Below, piece after piece: positions 12,679-26,071 of a DNA stretch of 64,000 nucleotides. Origin of the DNA: the human T2T-CHM13v2.0 reference genome, Homo sapiens; the NCBI RefSeq assembly GCF_009914755.1, contig NC_060932.1; one strand, 5' to 3'. The position numbers were made by a program, and so were the translations under genes. Numbering within the stretch: position 1 is the stretch's first letter; each line of letters begins with the position of its first letter. A model generated the notes under the pieces. The model saw only the letters and a list, made by a program, of their open reading frames with translations, did no database searches and was not told the origin of the DNA.

Positions 12679-13839
12679 ATTGTCTCTTCCCTCACCAGAA
12701 ACATGACTTGAATGGTCTTCTTTTCCAGGAAACAGATATAGAACTTTACATATATGGCATTCATAAGTTTCAGTGATTTGTCTTATTTCACTCTTCATTA
12801 TAAGCAGAGATTCTCTCAACATTTGAACATATTTTGCTTTAAATTTTGTATTCATGATGAAAATTTGAAAGCTTTATTTCTCCTAATGTTTATTTTACTT
12901 ATATTTCAAGTAAGAATCATGCCTATTAAATTTGTCTACCACTAGTTGACATACTTCAGCAGATGAGACTCTGCTATGATCCCATTGATCCCCAAATGGG
13001 AGTGGAAGACCAACTCTTGTTTCTCTGCAGCCTGTATTCTGGTCTCTATTAGCTATCAAAAATGTCTGTGCCTATTTCAAACTTAACATGTCCCAGCAAT
13101 GATGTAGTTGATAAGTTTTCAAATAAACCATGAAATCATTATCTCTCTTCTTATCATAAAATTCCTTGTCTTTTCAACCATAGTTGTAAGTTGAAGAGGA
13201 GATTATAGAAAATAACTAGTCAAATTAATACTTTAAGAAATACTTTATTATTACTATTAACCAAATTAATCTTTGGGAGATAATTCTGAAGAACTTCTGT
13301 TATATGCTGAAGTAGCTTTAAAGTTTTACTTCATTACAACATTAAAATAAATGGGAAACTGCAGAGTGATTCATAGACACAAAATTCAATTATGACTTTC
13401 TATAAGATTGACAAACCTGAAGATTTGGCTAACTTGAACATATTGCTAACGTAGAAGCCTTCTGTATGTTAATCAACGAAACTTAGGAGTATATGTAATC
13501 ACATTAGGACTTCATAGAAAATAATTAAGTCATCATTTCCCAGCTCCCCTTTGAAGACATTATATAAGTGACGATCTGTAGGTGTCCATGAATTTCACAT
13601 GCTTTGAGATTCGTAAGAGTCCACTAAGGATGATGTTGAAAGCTGACAATTGTACTGGGGTGACTCAGTCTAGCCAGAGTTTTGATGCTGCAAAGTTGTA
13701 TCTCAGAAAAGGAAATAAGTGCCTCACACCTCAAGTCAAACTTGTTTTACTTGTGCTCTACTTCCATGTTCAAAGATGTGTTCAATCATTTCTACTAGTT
13801 AATTTCTAAGTTATTATTTCTATAATAACAACAAAGAAC

Positions 13840-15880
13840 AGAGGATTTCTTTTTCCAATAAATGGCAAATTAGATTCAGGCTAAATTTCTACCAAAAAAA
13901 TTAAAAGACTATGTAAGATTTTAAAGAATATTATCAAAAGAATAAAATATTTAATGAAAAAGTAAGAGACTGCCAATCCAAAACCTAAAAACAAATGGGA
14001 ATTCAGAGAAATAAATGGAACATTGAAGCTTCTTCTGCCTCAGGGGCATTTGCTGAACCCAGTATATTTGAATTTATGGTATTAGGTAGACGGAAGTTAA
14101 GCCCCAGAGTTCACCCAAGGTGGTAAACTGACTGTGAGAGCTTCCCCACATCGAATTGCATGCCAGAAGGTTACATCTCATGGTAAAAGCAAAGCAAAAC
14201 AAAACAAAACAAAACAAAAACAAACTATAAATAAGCATTCTACTCTCTGCCTCACACACACACACTCCTCAGGGGAACCTAGGAAAATTCTCATGGCACT
14301 GAGTAAACAGGAAAAGAGATAAGGCATAAAAAGTCCCTGAGATGTTATGGTCACCACAGCCATGTCCTGGTGCAGGAAGGCACCTTAATGCTAGGTCTTA
14401 AATAATCATAAAAAGTGATTAAGTAATTCAATTAAAAATTAGTCATTGAATAATCCACAATGAAAATTAACAAAATATACCAGAAGACAAGGCACCATGA
14501 AAAACAATCAGCAGAAACATTAAATCACCGAAACAAATCCCAAAATACTTAATTAACATTATCCAAACTATGAAAAAAAGTATTCCTACTCTGTTTAAAG
14601 ATATAGAAGACAACTTAATCTGCAAAGAAATGAAACTATAAAAACAGGCATAACAGATTTGAAAAAGAGACAAATAATATAAAAGAAACAAAAAAATTTG
14701 AAAGGCAAATATAAAAAGTCAGGTGAGGGATTAAAGAACAAACTAGATACAGCTGAAGAAGATTTAGTGAATTGAAAGGTAAAAAATTAACCAGAATGCA
14801 GCACTGAGACAAGAAGATGGAGAACATGGCAGTTAACCAAGAGACATGAAGGATAAAGAGAAGGGCTAACATACTCTTAATCAAAGTTATGCAAGAAGAC
14901 AAACTCAAGAAGAGTGAAGAAAACAAAGGCAAAAATTAAAGAGATAATAGCTGATAATTTTTCAGAACTCAGAGAAAACAGATTCAATAAAGGAAATTGC
15001 ATTTAGATGTGTCATGGTGAAACTGCAAAACACCAAAGAAAAATGCAGCAATTTTCAAGCAGCCACGGGGAAAAAGCAGATCACCAAAAGAATGGCAAAG
15101 AGGTGTTTTAAGCACAATAATAGAACATGAAAGCCAGTAGAATGATCATTTCTATGTGCAGAAATACAATAATTGCCAATTTATGATTATATATCCATAA
15201 AAAATATCTTTGAAGAATTTGAATTGGCCAGGTGCTGTGCCTTACACCTGTAATCCCAGCATTTTGGAAGGCCGAGGTGGAAGGATCAGTTGAGCCCAAG
15301 AGTTCTAGACCAGCTTGGGTGACATACTGAGACCCCACCTCTACAAAAAAATAAGAAAATTAGCTGGGCATGGTGGCACACACTTGTAGTCCCAGCTACT
15401 TCGGAGGCTGAGGTGGGAGGATTGCTTGAGCCCAAGAGGTCAAAGCTGCAGTAAGCCATGATCATGCCACTACACTCCAGGCTTAGCAACAGAGCAAGAC
15501 CCTGTCTCAAAAAAAAAAAAAAAAATAGAATTTGAATGCACTAAATACTTGTTATGAGACAAGCATTGTCAGAGTTGTTTTAAAGAAAGTGATATGTGCT
15601 TTACATAAAGATAAGTCTAAAGAAAATGATAGAAGTATATTATGCAATTCTAACAAACAACAAGGCAGACACAGCTATATAAACATTAGATAAAACTGGC
15701 TCTTAAGCAAAAAGCATTACCAAAGATAAAGTAATTTCATATAAATAACAGGTTCAATATTTTACAAAAATGAAACACTTTAAATTTATAAGCAAATAAT
15801 AACATAACCTCAAAATATGAAAATCAAAAATTGACAGAAACACAAAGAGGAATAGATAAATATACAACCACATATTTTTG
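13840..15880 (+). mobile_element. Ancient L1M fragment (ORF1 region and start of ORF2), interrupted by AluJ
   Basis: A-rich decayed ORF1 motifs (ACTAGATACAGCTGAAGAAGATTTAGTGAATTGAA, GAGATAATAGCTGATAATTTTTCAGAACT). An endonuclease-region-like stretch follows the Alu. Boundaries are approximate. Confidence 0.7.
15226..15525 (+). mobile_element. AluJ
   Basis: J-type diagnostics TTGAGCCCAAGAG, GGGAGGATTGCTTGAGCCC and GACCCTGTCTC. TSD AGAATTTGAAT (15214-15224 / 15527-15537). Confidence 0.96.
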
Positions 15881-15979
15881 CTGTTGTCGCTAATGAGTTT
15901 GCTCTCCCCAACATTGACGAGGTATAATTTTCTTACAATAAACTGCATTCTTCATAGTGTGCAATTCAATGACTTTTAA

Positions 15980-16284
<305 letters not shown>

Positions 16285-16458
16285 GAATTCAATGAATTTT
16301 TAACAGATAGATACAGGATATCCTATCTCCCCCAAAACTTTTTTTATGCCTCTTTACGGTCCATTACTTTTTTCACTCTCAGCCTCAGGCAATCACTAAT
16401 CTAATTATTTTTTTGTCACTATAGATTAGTTTGCATTTTCTAGAACTTTATGTAATTA

Positions 16459-16537
16459 TTAGGTTGGTGCAAAAGCCATTGCGGTTTTTGCCTTTCAAAG
16501 TAATGGCAAAACCATGATTACTTTTGCACCAACTCAA
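16459..16537. mobile_element. MADE1 (Hsmar1-derived MITE)
   Basis: TTAGGTTGGTGCAAAAG...CTTTTGCACCAACTCAA, an ~80-bp palindrome flanked by TA. Confidence 0.95.
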
Positions 16538-17409
16538 TAAATCATACAGTATGCACAGCTTTGTGCCTGGCTTCTTTCAGTCAGCATAAGGATTTCAAGA
16601 GCCATATATATTATTGTACATATCAGTAGGTATTTCTTTCATTTTGCTGAAAGGTATATTCCTTCGTATGGATGTACCGCAATTTGTTCATGCATTTGTC
16701 AGTTGATAGACATTTGGGCTATTTCCAGTTTTTTGCTATTGTGAATAAAGCTGCTGCAGACATTTGTATACAAGTCTTTGTGCCCCCTCTTCAGTAAACA
16801 CGTAAGAGTAGAATGGCTGGGTCATATGGCAAGGGAATGTTTAATGTTTTATGGAACTTCCAGTTTTAATAAGTCACTCTATTATGTTGCATTCTCATAA
16901 GCAAATTATGGGAGTTCTAGTTGCATTATATTCTTAGATATTCTGATGTATTCTTATTCTAATTTTAGCTACACTAATCTTTATTAATATTTAATAAACA
17001 CTTATGTATTCTAGATACAAATCTGTTGTCAGACTCATGTGTTGTAAAAATGCCCATCCATTCCGTGGCATGCCTTTTAATTTTTCTCAATGGTGTCTTT
17101 GGAGAACAAATCATTTTTTTTTAAATGAAGTCCAATTTATCAACTTCTTATGCATTTATTTTCTGTCTATGAAATTCTTGCCTAACCAAGAGCACAGACA
17201 TTTTTTCCTATGTTTCTGTCTATAGATTTTATAGATTTAAATTTTATACTTAGGTCTATAAGTCATTTAAAGTAAGTTTTTGTGTAGAGTGTGAGGTGTC
17301 AGTTGTTTGTTTTTCTATATGAAAATCTCTGTTCCAGCCCTGTTTGTTAAACAAAACAAAACAAAACACCTTCCATTCCCTAACCCATCTATTTATCAAG
17401 TGTAGAATA

Positions 17410-17845
17410 TAAAAGGAAATTGTTGTACATTCATTAAATGGAATAGTACACCTCAATGAAAATGAATAAATTCGCAATATGTGCAATTTATTTGTGAATT
17501 AATCTCACAAATACTAAGAAGAAAAACACAAAAACTGCTAAATTATAAGTTTTCCAAATAAACTTTATAAATAAGCAAAATTAAATTACATTATTTAAGG
17601 ATGCATGTTTATGTCATATAACCATAAAGAAGAGTAAGAATAAGTGGTCACAAAAGTTAGGGCAGTGGCTTCCTTTCAAGAAAAGAATGAGGCTGTGATG
17701 GGGAAAAGGCATTTCAGGACTTCTGGGATATTAGCAATGTTCTACTTGTGGTTATACAGATATATGCTTAATAATTATTCACTGGAATGTGCATACAAGT
17801 TATATTTACTTTTTTGTCAATGTGTTAGATTTCATCAGAAAAGAA
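17410..17845 (+). mobile_element. Ancient L1ME-type 3' fragment
   Basis: AAATTGTTGTACATTCATTAAATGGAATAGTAC...AATGAAAATGAATAAA...AATCTCACAAAT. Confidence 0.65.
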
Positions 17846-17894
17846 GAAAGATCAGGATAAAGTATCTGAAACTGTATCTGCATGAAAATGGTAA

Positions 17895-18075
17895 CAGCTG
17901 TGGTTTAGTGAAGAAAGTCCTGGCACTGATAAAAATGAATTTGGGCAAAGTCACTTAACCTCTCTGAGCCCCTTCATTTGTGAGGTGAGGATGATAAAAT
18001 TAGATAAATTATATAATAGCTCTTTGTAAGTTGAGCCATGAAATAATAATCATAGTAACTATTATTATTATCATT
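17895..18075 (+). mobile_element. MIR fragment
   Basis: TTGGGCAAAGTCACTTAACCTCTCTGAGCC core and ATT-rich tail. Confidence 0.7.
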
Positions 18076-18111
18076 ACAAGGGAGTGGGCAAAATGACTTA
18101 AACGAAAAGAT

Positions 18112-18570
18112 TGCAGTTCATCTGTTCCCCTCTCTAGCCTGTGTGGCTTTCCCACTGAGCAGCCATGAAGCTGTGCCCCTCAGAAGAAGCTGTGCCCCTT
18201 CAAGTGTGTAGTTGGCTGACACTTCCAGCGGCCGCATTTTTAGGATCCACTGGAGCATTCGCACTGAGGTGACTCTCTCCCCAGGTTGCTTCTGCCAGTA
18301 CCTGAGCACGGTGGGAGTACTAGAGTTGGGCCATTTCTGCACAACACAGGACTCTTCCAATGGCCAATATTTGTTCCTAAGGCTCCACCATTGGCCTGGC
18401 CAAGACCTCGGAGCTGTGCTGCACTCAGAGGCTCTTCCTACCCGATCCTCCATTCGCTCCTCTCCTTCCTCAGGTCAGACCTACGTTGCTGCTTGAAGGC
18501 TTTCCCTGACTTCTACTTCACCTTCCACGGGACTTTCCTCCATCTTGGAAGACCAGAATTGACTAACGTA
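18112..18570 (+). mobile_element. ERVL solo LTR (LTR16-like)
   Basis: GC-richer block with CTGAGCACGGTGGGAGTACTAGAGTTGGGCCATTTCTG, GCTCTTCCTACCC and GGTCAGACCT, as in LTR16A. Confidence 0.7.
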
Positions 18571-19640
18571 TGCAGAACAGTGCTTTTAACTAGCAAGAAC
18601 TATGCAAATTAAAAAAAAAAAAAAAACAAAAAACAAGAAATTGTATGAGATGTTGTTTACAGGTGCTGAGATTTCTGACTTGTAAACCAACAGCTTCATA
18701 CAGACAGTGCAAACCAACTTTTGATTTATATTTGATCCCTTTGTCCCACATAAACAAGGCCAGAAACACAGATATGAATATTTTTATCCAAAAAAGTCCA
18801 TGAATAGAACAACTGAGTCTTCAAAATGTTTATTTTGCATACTAAACTACATTTTCTTTACGTATTTCTATATTAGATCCAGATTTTTAAAAATAAATTT
18901 ATGAAAGGCCCAATGAATCTTGATTTGCTAAAGTCTCTCAATGTGAAGTCTTCTAAATAAATGCCTTGTGTCAATTTTGATATGTCACAAAGCTGTAGAA
19001 GTCAAAAGATGTAGAGAATTTAAAGATTGTAGCAAGCAGATTATATTAAAACTTTTTGCATCCATATTTTGTGTTTGTGTTTCAAATATTTACCAAGTCA
19101 GCAGCCAAATGAAAATGATTTTTGCATAAACTGTAAATTGCAAATTTCAAGAAACAAGGAAAATGCATTTAAATTTATTTCATTTAAAAATAGTCATGCC
19201 TTGGTGTTTACAGATTTTTTCTTCTAAAACTTTTTAAGAAAACAACAGGCAGCATACTTTGAAAGTGCTTTATTTTAAACCACCAGTGCATTTTCCTAAA
19301 ATTAAACTGAAGTCTGGTTTACTCTAGCATAGTTACTTTAGGAAGTATTTAATCCAAATTCAAAATCACACTTAATTTCATTATTTAAGAACCGAATACC
19401 TCACTAAATTGTCAATCTATAAAATGTACCACTTCGATCATATATAAGGAAAGCATAGCTGATTATCTGCACTACTTTATGTCATATTTGGGACAGTGGT
19501 GGGTAAGATAAAGTATATTATTAATAATCGAACCTGGGTGAGAGGCAAGAATTATGCCACTGATCCAACGAAGTACGTAATATCACAACTGTGTTTGTGC
19601 AAAACTTCACCTCATTGACTCTGCTACCAACACTGTCTTC

Positions 19641-19951
19641 CTTTTTTTCTTTTCTTTTTTTTTTTTTTTTTTAAGATAGAGTCTAGCTCTGTCACCCAGG
19701 CTGGAGTGCAGTGACTCAATCTCAGCTCACTGCAAACTCCGCCTCCCGGGTTCACGATTCTCCTGCCTCAGTCTCCCGAGTAGCTGGGACTACAGGCGAC
19801 TGCCACCACTCCTGGCTAATTTTTTGTGTTTTTAGTAGAGACAGGGTTTCACCTTGTTAGCCAGGATGGTCTCGATCTCCTGATCTTGTGATCCACCCAC
19901 CTCAGCCTCCCAAAGTGCTGGAATTACAGGCATGAGCCACTGCACCCGGCC
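19641..19951 (-). mobile_element. AluSc/AluY
   Basis: GTTAGCCAGGATGGTCTCGATCTCC diagnostic. TSD CCAACA(C/T)TGTCTTC at 19627-19640 / 19952-19965. Confidence 0.96.
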
Positions 19952-20535
19952 CCAACATTGTCTTCTAACTCTCATCTGATTCTTTTTTTATTTTCTTGAT
20001 CAACTAGCTCTGCTTTCTCCTGTTCACCTGCTCATTTTCTTCCCTACCTGCTTGCTTATCTACCTTATTTTTGATTTGTAGATTGAATAGATGTTTAAGC
20101 CCAATATCTATTTCTCAGTTTTTCCTTCTTTCTCTCTGTGTAGTTACAATTCACCTTCTTTGGAATCTTCATTGTACTCTCTCAGATATCACCCTTGGAG
20201 TTGAGGACTCCAACTTTCCAGATCTTCTTTTGCACAAGCACCCTGAAATGCATCCCTTAACCCACTGCCTTATCTTCCAGATCTTGTCCATCATTCTTAA
20301 CAATTTGACAGCGTGTCCAGAACATTGCGCCTAAATGAATCTAACAAGAGGTAAGTTGAACATAATATTGGTATTTGAAAGTCTTCAATAGAATTAGGCC
20401 CTTAATTTAGCTTTTTCTAAGACTTTAAACATTCAAATGTTTCTTCTGCTTATACTTAAATAGTCTTTAAGGCAACTTATTTGTTCCCTGAACAAACTTC
20501 AGTTGCTTAAAAAAAAAAAAAAAAAAAAAAAAGAG

Positions 20536-20997
<462 letters not shown>

Positions 20998-21310
20998 TTA
21001 ATGAATTCTTAGATGTTTGCAAACACATGAAGCCTCCATTGGAGACACAGCAAAACCTAGAAAGCCTTCCCCTAGTCCTGGGAAGTGTTTCCATTGCAGC
21101 AGGAGAGAAAAGGAAAAAATATGAGCAAGGGGAGGTCAAAGTAGGGCCAGTCAAGACCTCTGACCTCTGTTCCCTTGTTTCCAAAGTCCCTAAAATTTAA
21201 TTTTGTCTTCTACCCTGAAATGATTGACAGATGCTCAAAAATCATGTTGTAAATCACAGAGCTCTTCATTTATTTATTTATTCAAGCACTTATATAATGC
21301 TTACCATGTA

Positions 21311-21343
21311 TTAGGTTGGTGCAAAAGTAATCACAATTTTGCC
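21311..21343. mobile_element. Half MADE1 (one arm only)
   Basis: TA+TTAGGTTGGTGCAAAAGTAATCACAATTTTGCC, with no second arm. Confidence 0.85.
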
Positions 21344-21577
21344 AAAAGCTGTGCTAGCCCTTGGCTCTGGTCTCAAAAATTGGCTCATAATGTACTTTAT
21401 GTCTATCTTCTTAAATTCATCAGTCATAATTTTCTGTGTGGTATCTGTACTCAGCCAGATGGAAGAATCAAATTGATTCCCAGGAGTGTAACTAATGAAC
21501 CCAGGTAAATCTCAAACAGATAAGTTGAGAAAGTGTGGAGGATTTTGCTTGGAGAGCAGGAACTCAGAGGTCTTTAA

Positions 21578-21971
<394 letters not shown>

Positions 21972-22819
21972 CAATTGTCCTTTTTCCCATCAGCTTCCTA
22001 CCTGGAATTTAAGGCCTAGTTTGTCTTATTCTGACACTCTTCTTTCCAGGAGGGGGACAACTCCATTTAAGAGAGAAAGAAGCTGTGTTAGCCAAAATTA
22101 AGTGAGGGCTGTGAACCCATTCCTATCACCTGGAACATGCACACTCCCGCTAGATTAGGGCAGATAGAATTTCAGGTCCTGCTACCACACCAATGGTTGT
22201 AAAAATAGAGGCCAAATATTTAACATTGTGTTGAAATTTCAGGCCAAAGTAATGTAAGCCAATCAATACATACAAATTGTTGCCCCTGTTCTTGCACTGA
22301 TCCATTTCATTTGTAAGATGCATATTCTCACTGGCCAGAAATTCAGACTAAGTTTAGTCATCACAACTAGTGCTCTAAGCACACAACCAGAATCTAAACA
22401 CATACCCATCCAAGCCACCACCCTACCACCCACAGAGCTGCCATCTCATTCTTACTTGATTCTTGCACTTTCAACAGGATTTCTTCTTCTCCATTGTCTT
22501 CAACCATATTTCTTTTCTTAGTTCACAAAGCCTTAAGTTCTCTTCAGCCAGCTTACTAATTTATTCTTCCTATCAGAGCGGCATACCAAATTCTTAACTA
22601 AATTAGATGGTATAGGGAAGGCACATTATCAAATCTAAAAGAACAACAAGATGTAAACTATTATTTTTAGCAGAGATGGCTGAAAATGGAGTAACTTGAA
22701 AAAGGTGAAGACAACCTTCATGTACATCCCTGACTCAGTTTACCATTTGCTTACTCTGCCAGGTGGTACCCAATAGCTCCTCAGCCAGAGTGAAATTATC
22801 TATCTAATGTTATCTCATC

Positions 22820-25300
22820 ACCATTTTTGTTTACTTTTTAAAAATGTATTTGTCTAATTAGAGGCTGTGCATGAAAACAATCTTTTTGTAAAAATATAGA
22901 TAAAGTTCAAGTCTGTCACTTTCATCAATTCCACTCAATTTTTGTTACCTGCAACAGAAAAAACTACCATTGGCATTTTGCCTTGTATCTTCTCAAACCA
23001 TTTTCTATGCATTTACATACATCTTCGTACATATAGAAAATTAGTTTTGTTCTGTGAGATTTTATTTAGTTTTGTTTACAAAACTGGGATCATTCTGTTC
23101 ATTTAGTTTAGCAACATGTTTAAGTTACTATGCCTTGAAAATATTTTCTCTTTTCCAAATATAGGTCTTCCTTATTCTTTCATCTGCTGCATGGTTACTT
23201 CATGTGAATGTACCATAATTTAGTCATGAGTTTCCTTAGGTGCTTGGCAACTTTTACTTTCCCCAATAGTGCTGAAATGAATATTCTTATAAATGCCACT
23301 TTATACATATATGGGAATATTTTTCCATCATCATTAATATTAATAAAAATTCCCAAATTTCTCTGGAAAACTACTTAACCAATTTGAGTGTTCTTCATTT
23401 CTCTATGTCCTCATATAATACTTAGATTAGCTCCATTTTTACTTAATTTGTCTTGCTAAAGAGGCAAAAAATCTCATTTGTTTTAATCTGCATTCCCTTG
23501 TTGCTGATGAAGAGAAACTTCTTTTCATATTTTCCACTGTTTCTCTTTTCCTATCCTTGTCCTATGCTCATTTGACTATTTAGTTGTGTTTTTCTTATTG
23601 ATTTGTAAGAGTTCTTTATATAGTCTAAATACTACTCCTCCATCTGTTTTCTATATTAATAATATTTTCTTCTTGTCTTTTCTTTGACTCTTAACTTTTT
23701 TATGGTACAAGAACACTGTAGTTTGTATAGAGTTCAATTATGAATATTTTTATGGTATTTGCATTTTGCAACTTGCTTAAAAGACACTCCTCATATCAGA
23801 TTTGTAAACATATCCTCTCATGTTTTCTCTTAGTTCTTTAGCAGTTTTAAATTTTATTTAACTACTCTGCCTAACAAAAGAAACTAGCAACAGACTAAAG
23901 ATAACCTACAAAATGGGAGAAAATATTCATCCCAAACAACTGTGTTTGTTTTGGATACAAACTGTGCATCCAACAAAGTCTAATATCCAGAATCTATAAG
24001 GAATTTAAATCAACAAGCAAAAACAAGCAATCCCATTAAAAATAGGCAAGGGACATGAACAGATACTTCTCAAAAGAAGACACACAAGTGGCCACCAAAC
24101 ATATGAAAAAATGCTCATCATCACTAATCATCAGAGAAATAAAAATCAAAACCACAATGAGATACCATCTCATACTAGTCAGAATGACTATTATTAAGCA
24201 GTCAAAAAATAACAAATGCTGGTGAGCCTGCAGAGAAAAGGAGGCTTATACACTGCTGGTGGGAATGTAAATTAGCTCAGCCACTGTGGAAAGCAGTTTG
24301 GAGATTTCTCAGTGCTTAAAACCAAATTAACATTTAGCCCAGCAATCTCATTACTAGGTATATATCCAAAGATATACATATGCACTTGTATGTTCATCAC
24401 AGTGCTATCCACAATAGTAAAGACATAGAATCAACTTAGATGCCTATGAATGGTGGATTGGATAAAGAAAATGTGATACATATACACCATGGAATACTAT
24501 GCAGCCATTAAAAAAGAGTAAAATCATGCCCTTTGAAGTAACATGGGTGCAGCTGGAGGCATTTATCCTAAGTGAATTAATGCATGAACAGAAAGCCAAA
24601 TACCACACATCCTCACTTTTAAATGGGAGTTAAACACTGAGTACACATGGAGATAAAGATGGGAACAATAGACATTTAGTACTACTAGAGTGGAGAAGGA
24701 GGGAGGGGGGCATGGACTGAAAAATTACCTATCAGTACTATGCTTACTCCCTGGCTGACAGGATCATGAGGTTTGTACCCCAAACCTCAGTATCATGCAA
24801 TATACCCATGTAACAAGCCCGCACTTGTAGTCCCTGAATCTAAAATAAAAGTTGAAATTATTTTAAAACAATTTTTATTTAACTTTTTAATCCAGCTGGA
24901 GTTCACTTTTGTACATAGTGTAATTTAAATAATTTACCTTTTTTCCTCAAATGAAAAATTAGTTGGCACAAAATTATTTACTGAGTAGTTTGTACTTTTC
25001 ACTCTGATATGAGATACTGCCTTTATCATTACTAAATTTCAAAGTATACATTACTCTGTTTCTGAACTCTCTATTGGGTTCACCCTATTGTTCTATTTTT
25101 TAAGGAATGTAAGGCAGTTTTGATTATTATAACTTAAGTACATGCTTCAATATATGAAAGATCAAATTCCCTCTTATGTTAAAAAATAATTTTTTGATTA
25201 TTCTTTCATGTTTTATTTTCCAGATGAATTTTGCAGTTAGCCTATAACATTCTATAATTTTCTTGTTGGAACTTGTATTTAAACTACTTTGAATTTATAA
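22820..25300 (-). mobile_element. Ancient L1ME-type fragment, split by an L1PB-like insertion
   Basis: T-rich antisense L1 (TTTAATCTGCATTCCC, TTCTTATTGATTTGTAAGAGTTCTTTATATA) that resumes at 24885 (TTTAATCCAGCTGGAGTTCACTTTTGTA). Confidence 0.7.
23864..24870 (+). mobile_element. L1PB-like 3' fragment (ORF2 end and 3' UTR)
   Basis: AAAATGCTCATCATCACTAATCATCAGAGAAAT...ACCACAATGAGATACCATCTC, ending CCCTGAATCTAAAATAAAAGTTGAAATT. TSD TTTTATTTAACT (23852-23863 / 24873-24884). Confidence 0.92.
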
Positions 25301-26071
25301 ATGTCACTTTTTTGTACAATATATAATTCTCTAACTAGATGTTAAAAGCAATGTAGATATAATTTCCATCAAGAAAAAAGTTTCTTTGCAATATCGAAAA
25401 CTAGAAAGTGAATCTTAGATTTAATGTAAAAAGTAATGAAGAATCTTAAATGGAAGAATGAGATGAAAGATTTGGGTTTAGAAAGATTTTGCTAATTGTT
25501 TCAGAAGCTTCCTTAAAGCAAGGTTTCAGTTAGTATTAGGGTTATGATAGGAATAGTCTTACATAAGGGTAAACAGTTAGATTGTGGCAGCAATCTGGCA
25601 TGAAAGGAAAAGAAGCCAGCTAGGGTAGGGTCAAAGTGTTTGGAGGGGAAAGATGAATGTGAAATATTTCCAAGAAAGAAATAAACTATAATCATACCCT
25701 TGTTTGCTAAATGAGTCTCTGGAGCATTACAGTAAAGCATTTTGGTTTCCTTGTCCTTGAGTCTCCATTTGGGACAGAAAGCCTTCAAGACTAGCAATGA
25801 TGATTCCTATTTTTTACTTCATTTGCATATCTGTGCTATGCCTGCTTTGTGTTTAGAAACATTGCAGGATTATAGTCCCATATTTTCTGTCTTTCACCTT
25901 GAGCTGTTGCCTGAGGTTTTCACATATGGTCAATCTTTTGGCTGGCTTTAATACATTTAGACAATAGCCTGCTTCATTTAAAAAACAAAACCATACAGTA
26001 TAGTTCCTGTCATTGTTTTAAAGTCATAAGAGTATCAAAACTAAATCTGTTACACAAAATATTTAAAAAAT

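Noticed and set aside
18118-18612. Three overlapping ~100-aa ORFs
   Set aside because: Stop-poor GC-richer LTR16-like sequence, with no protein similarity recognised
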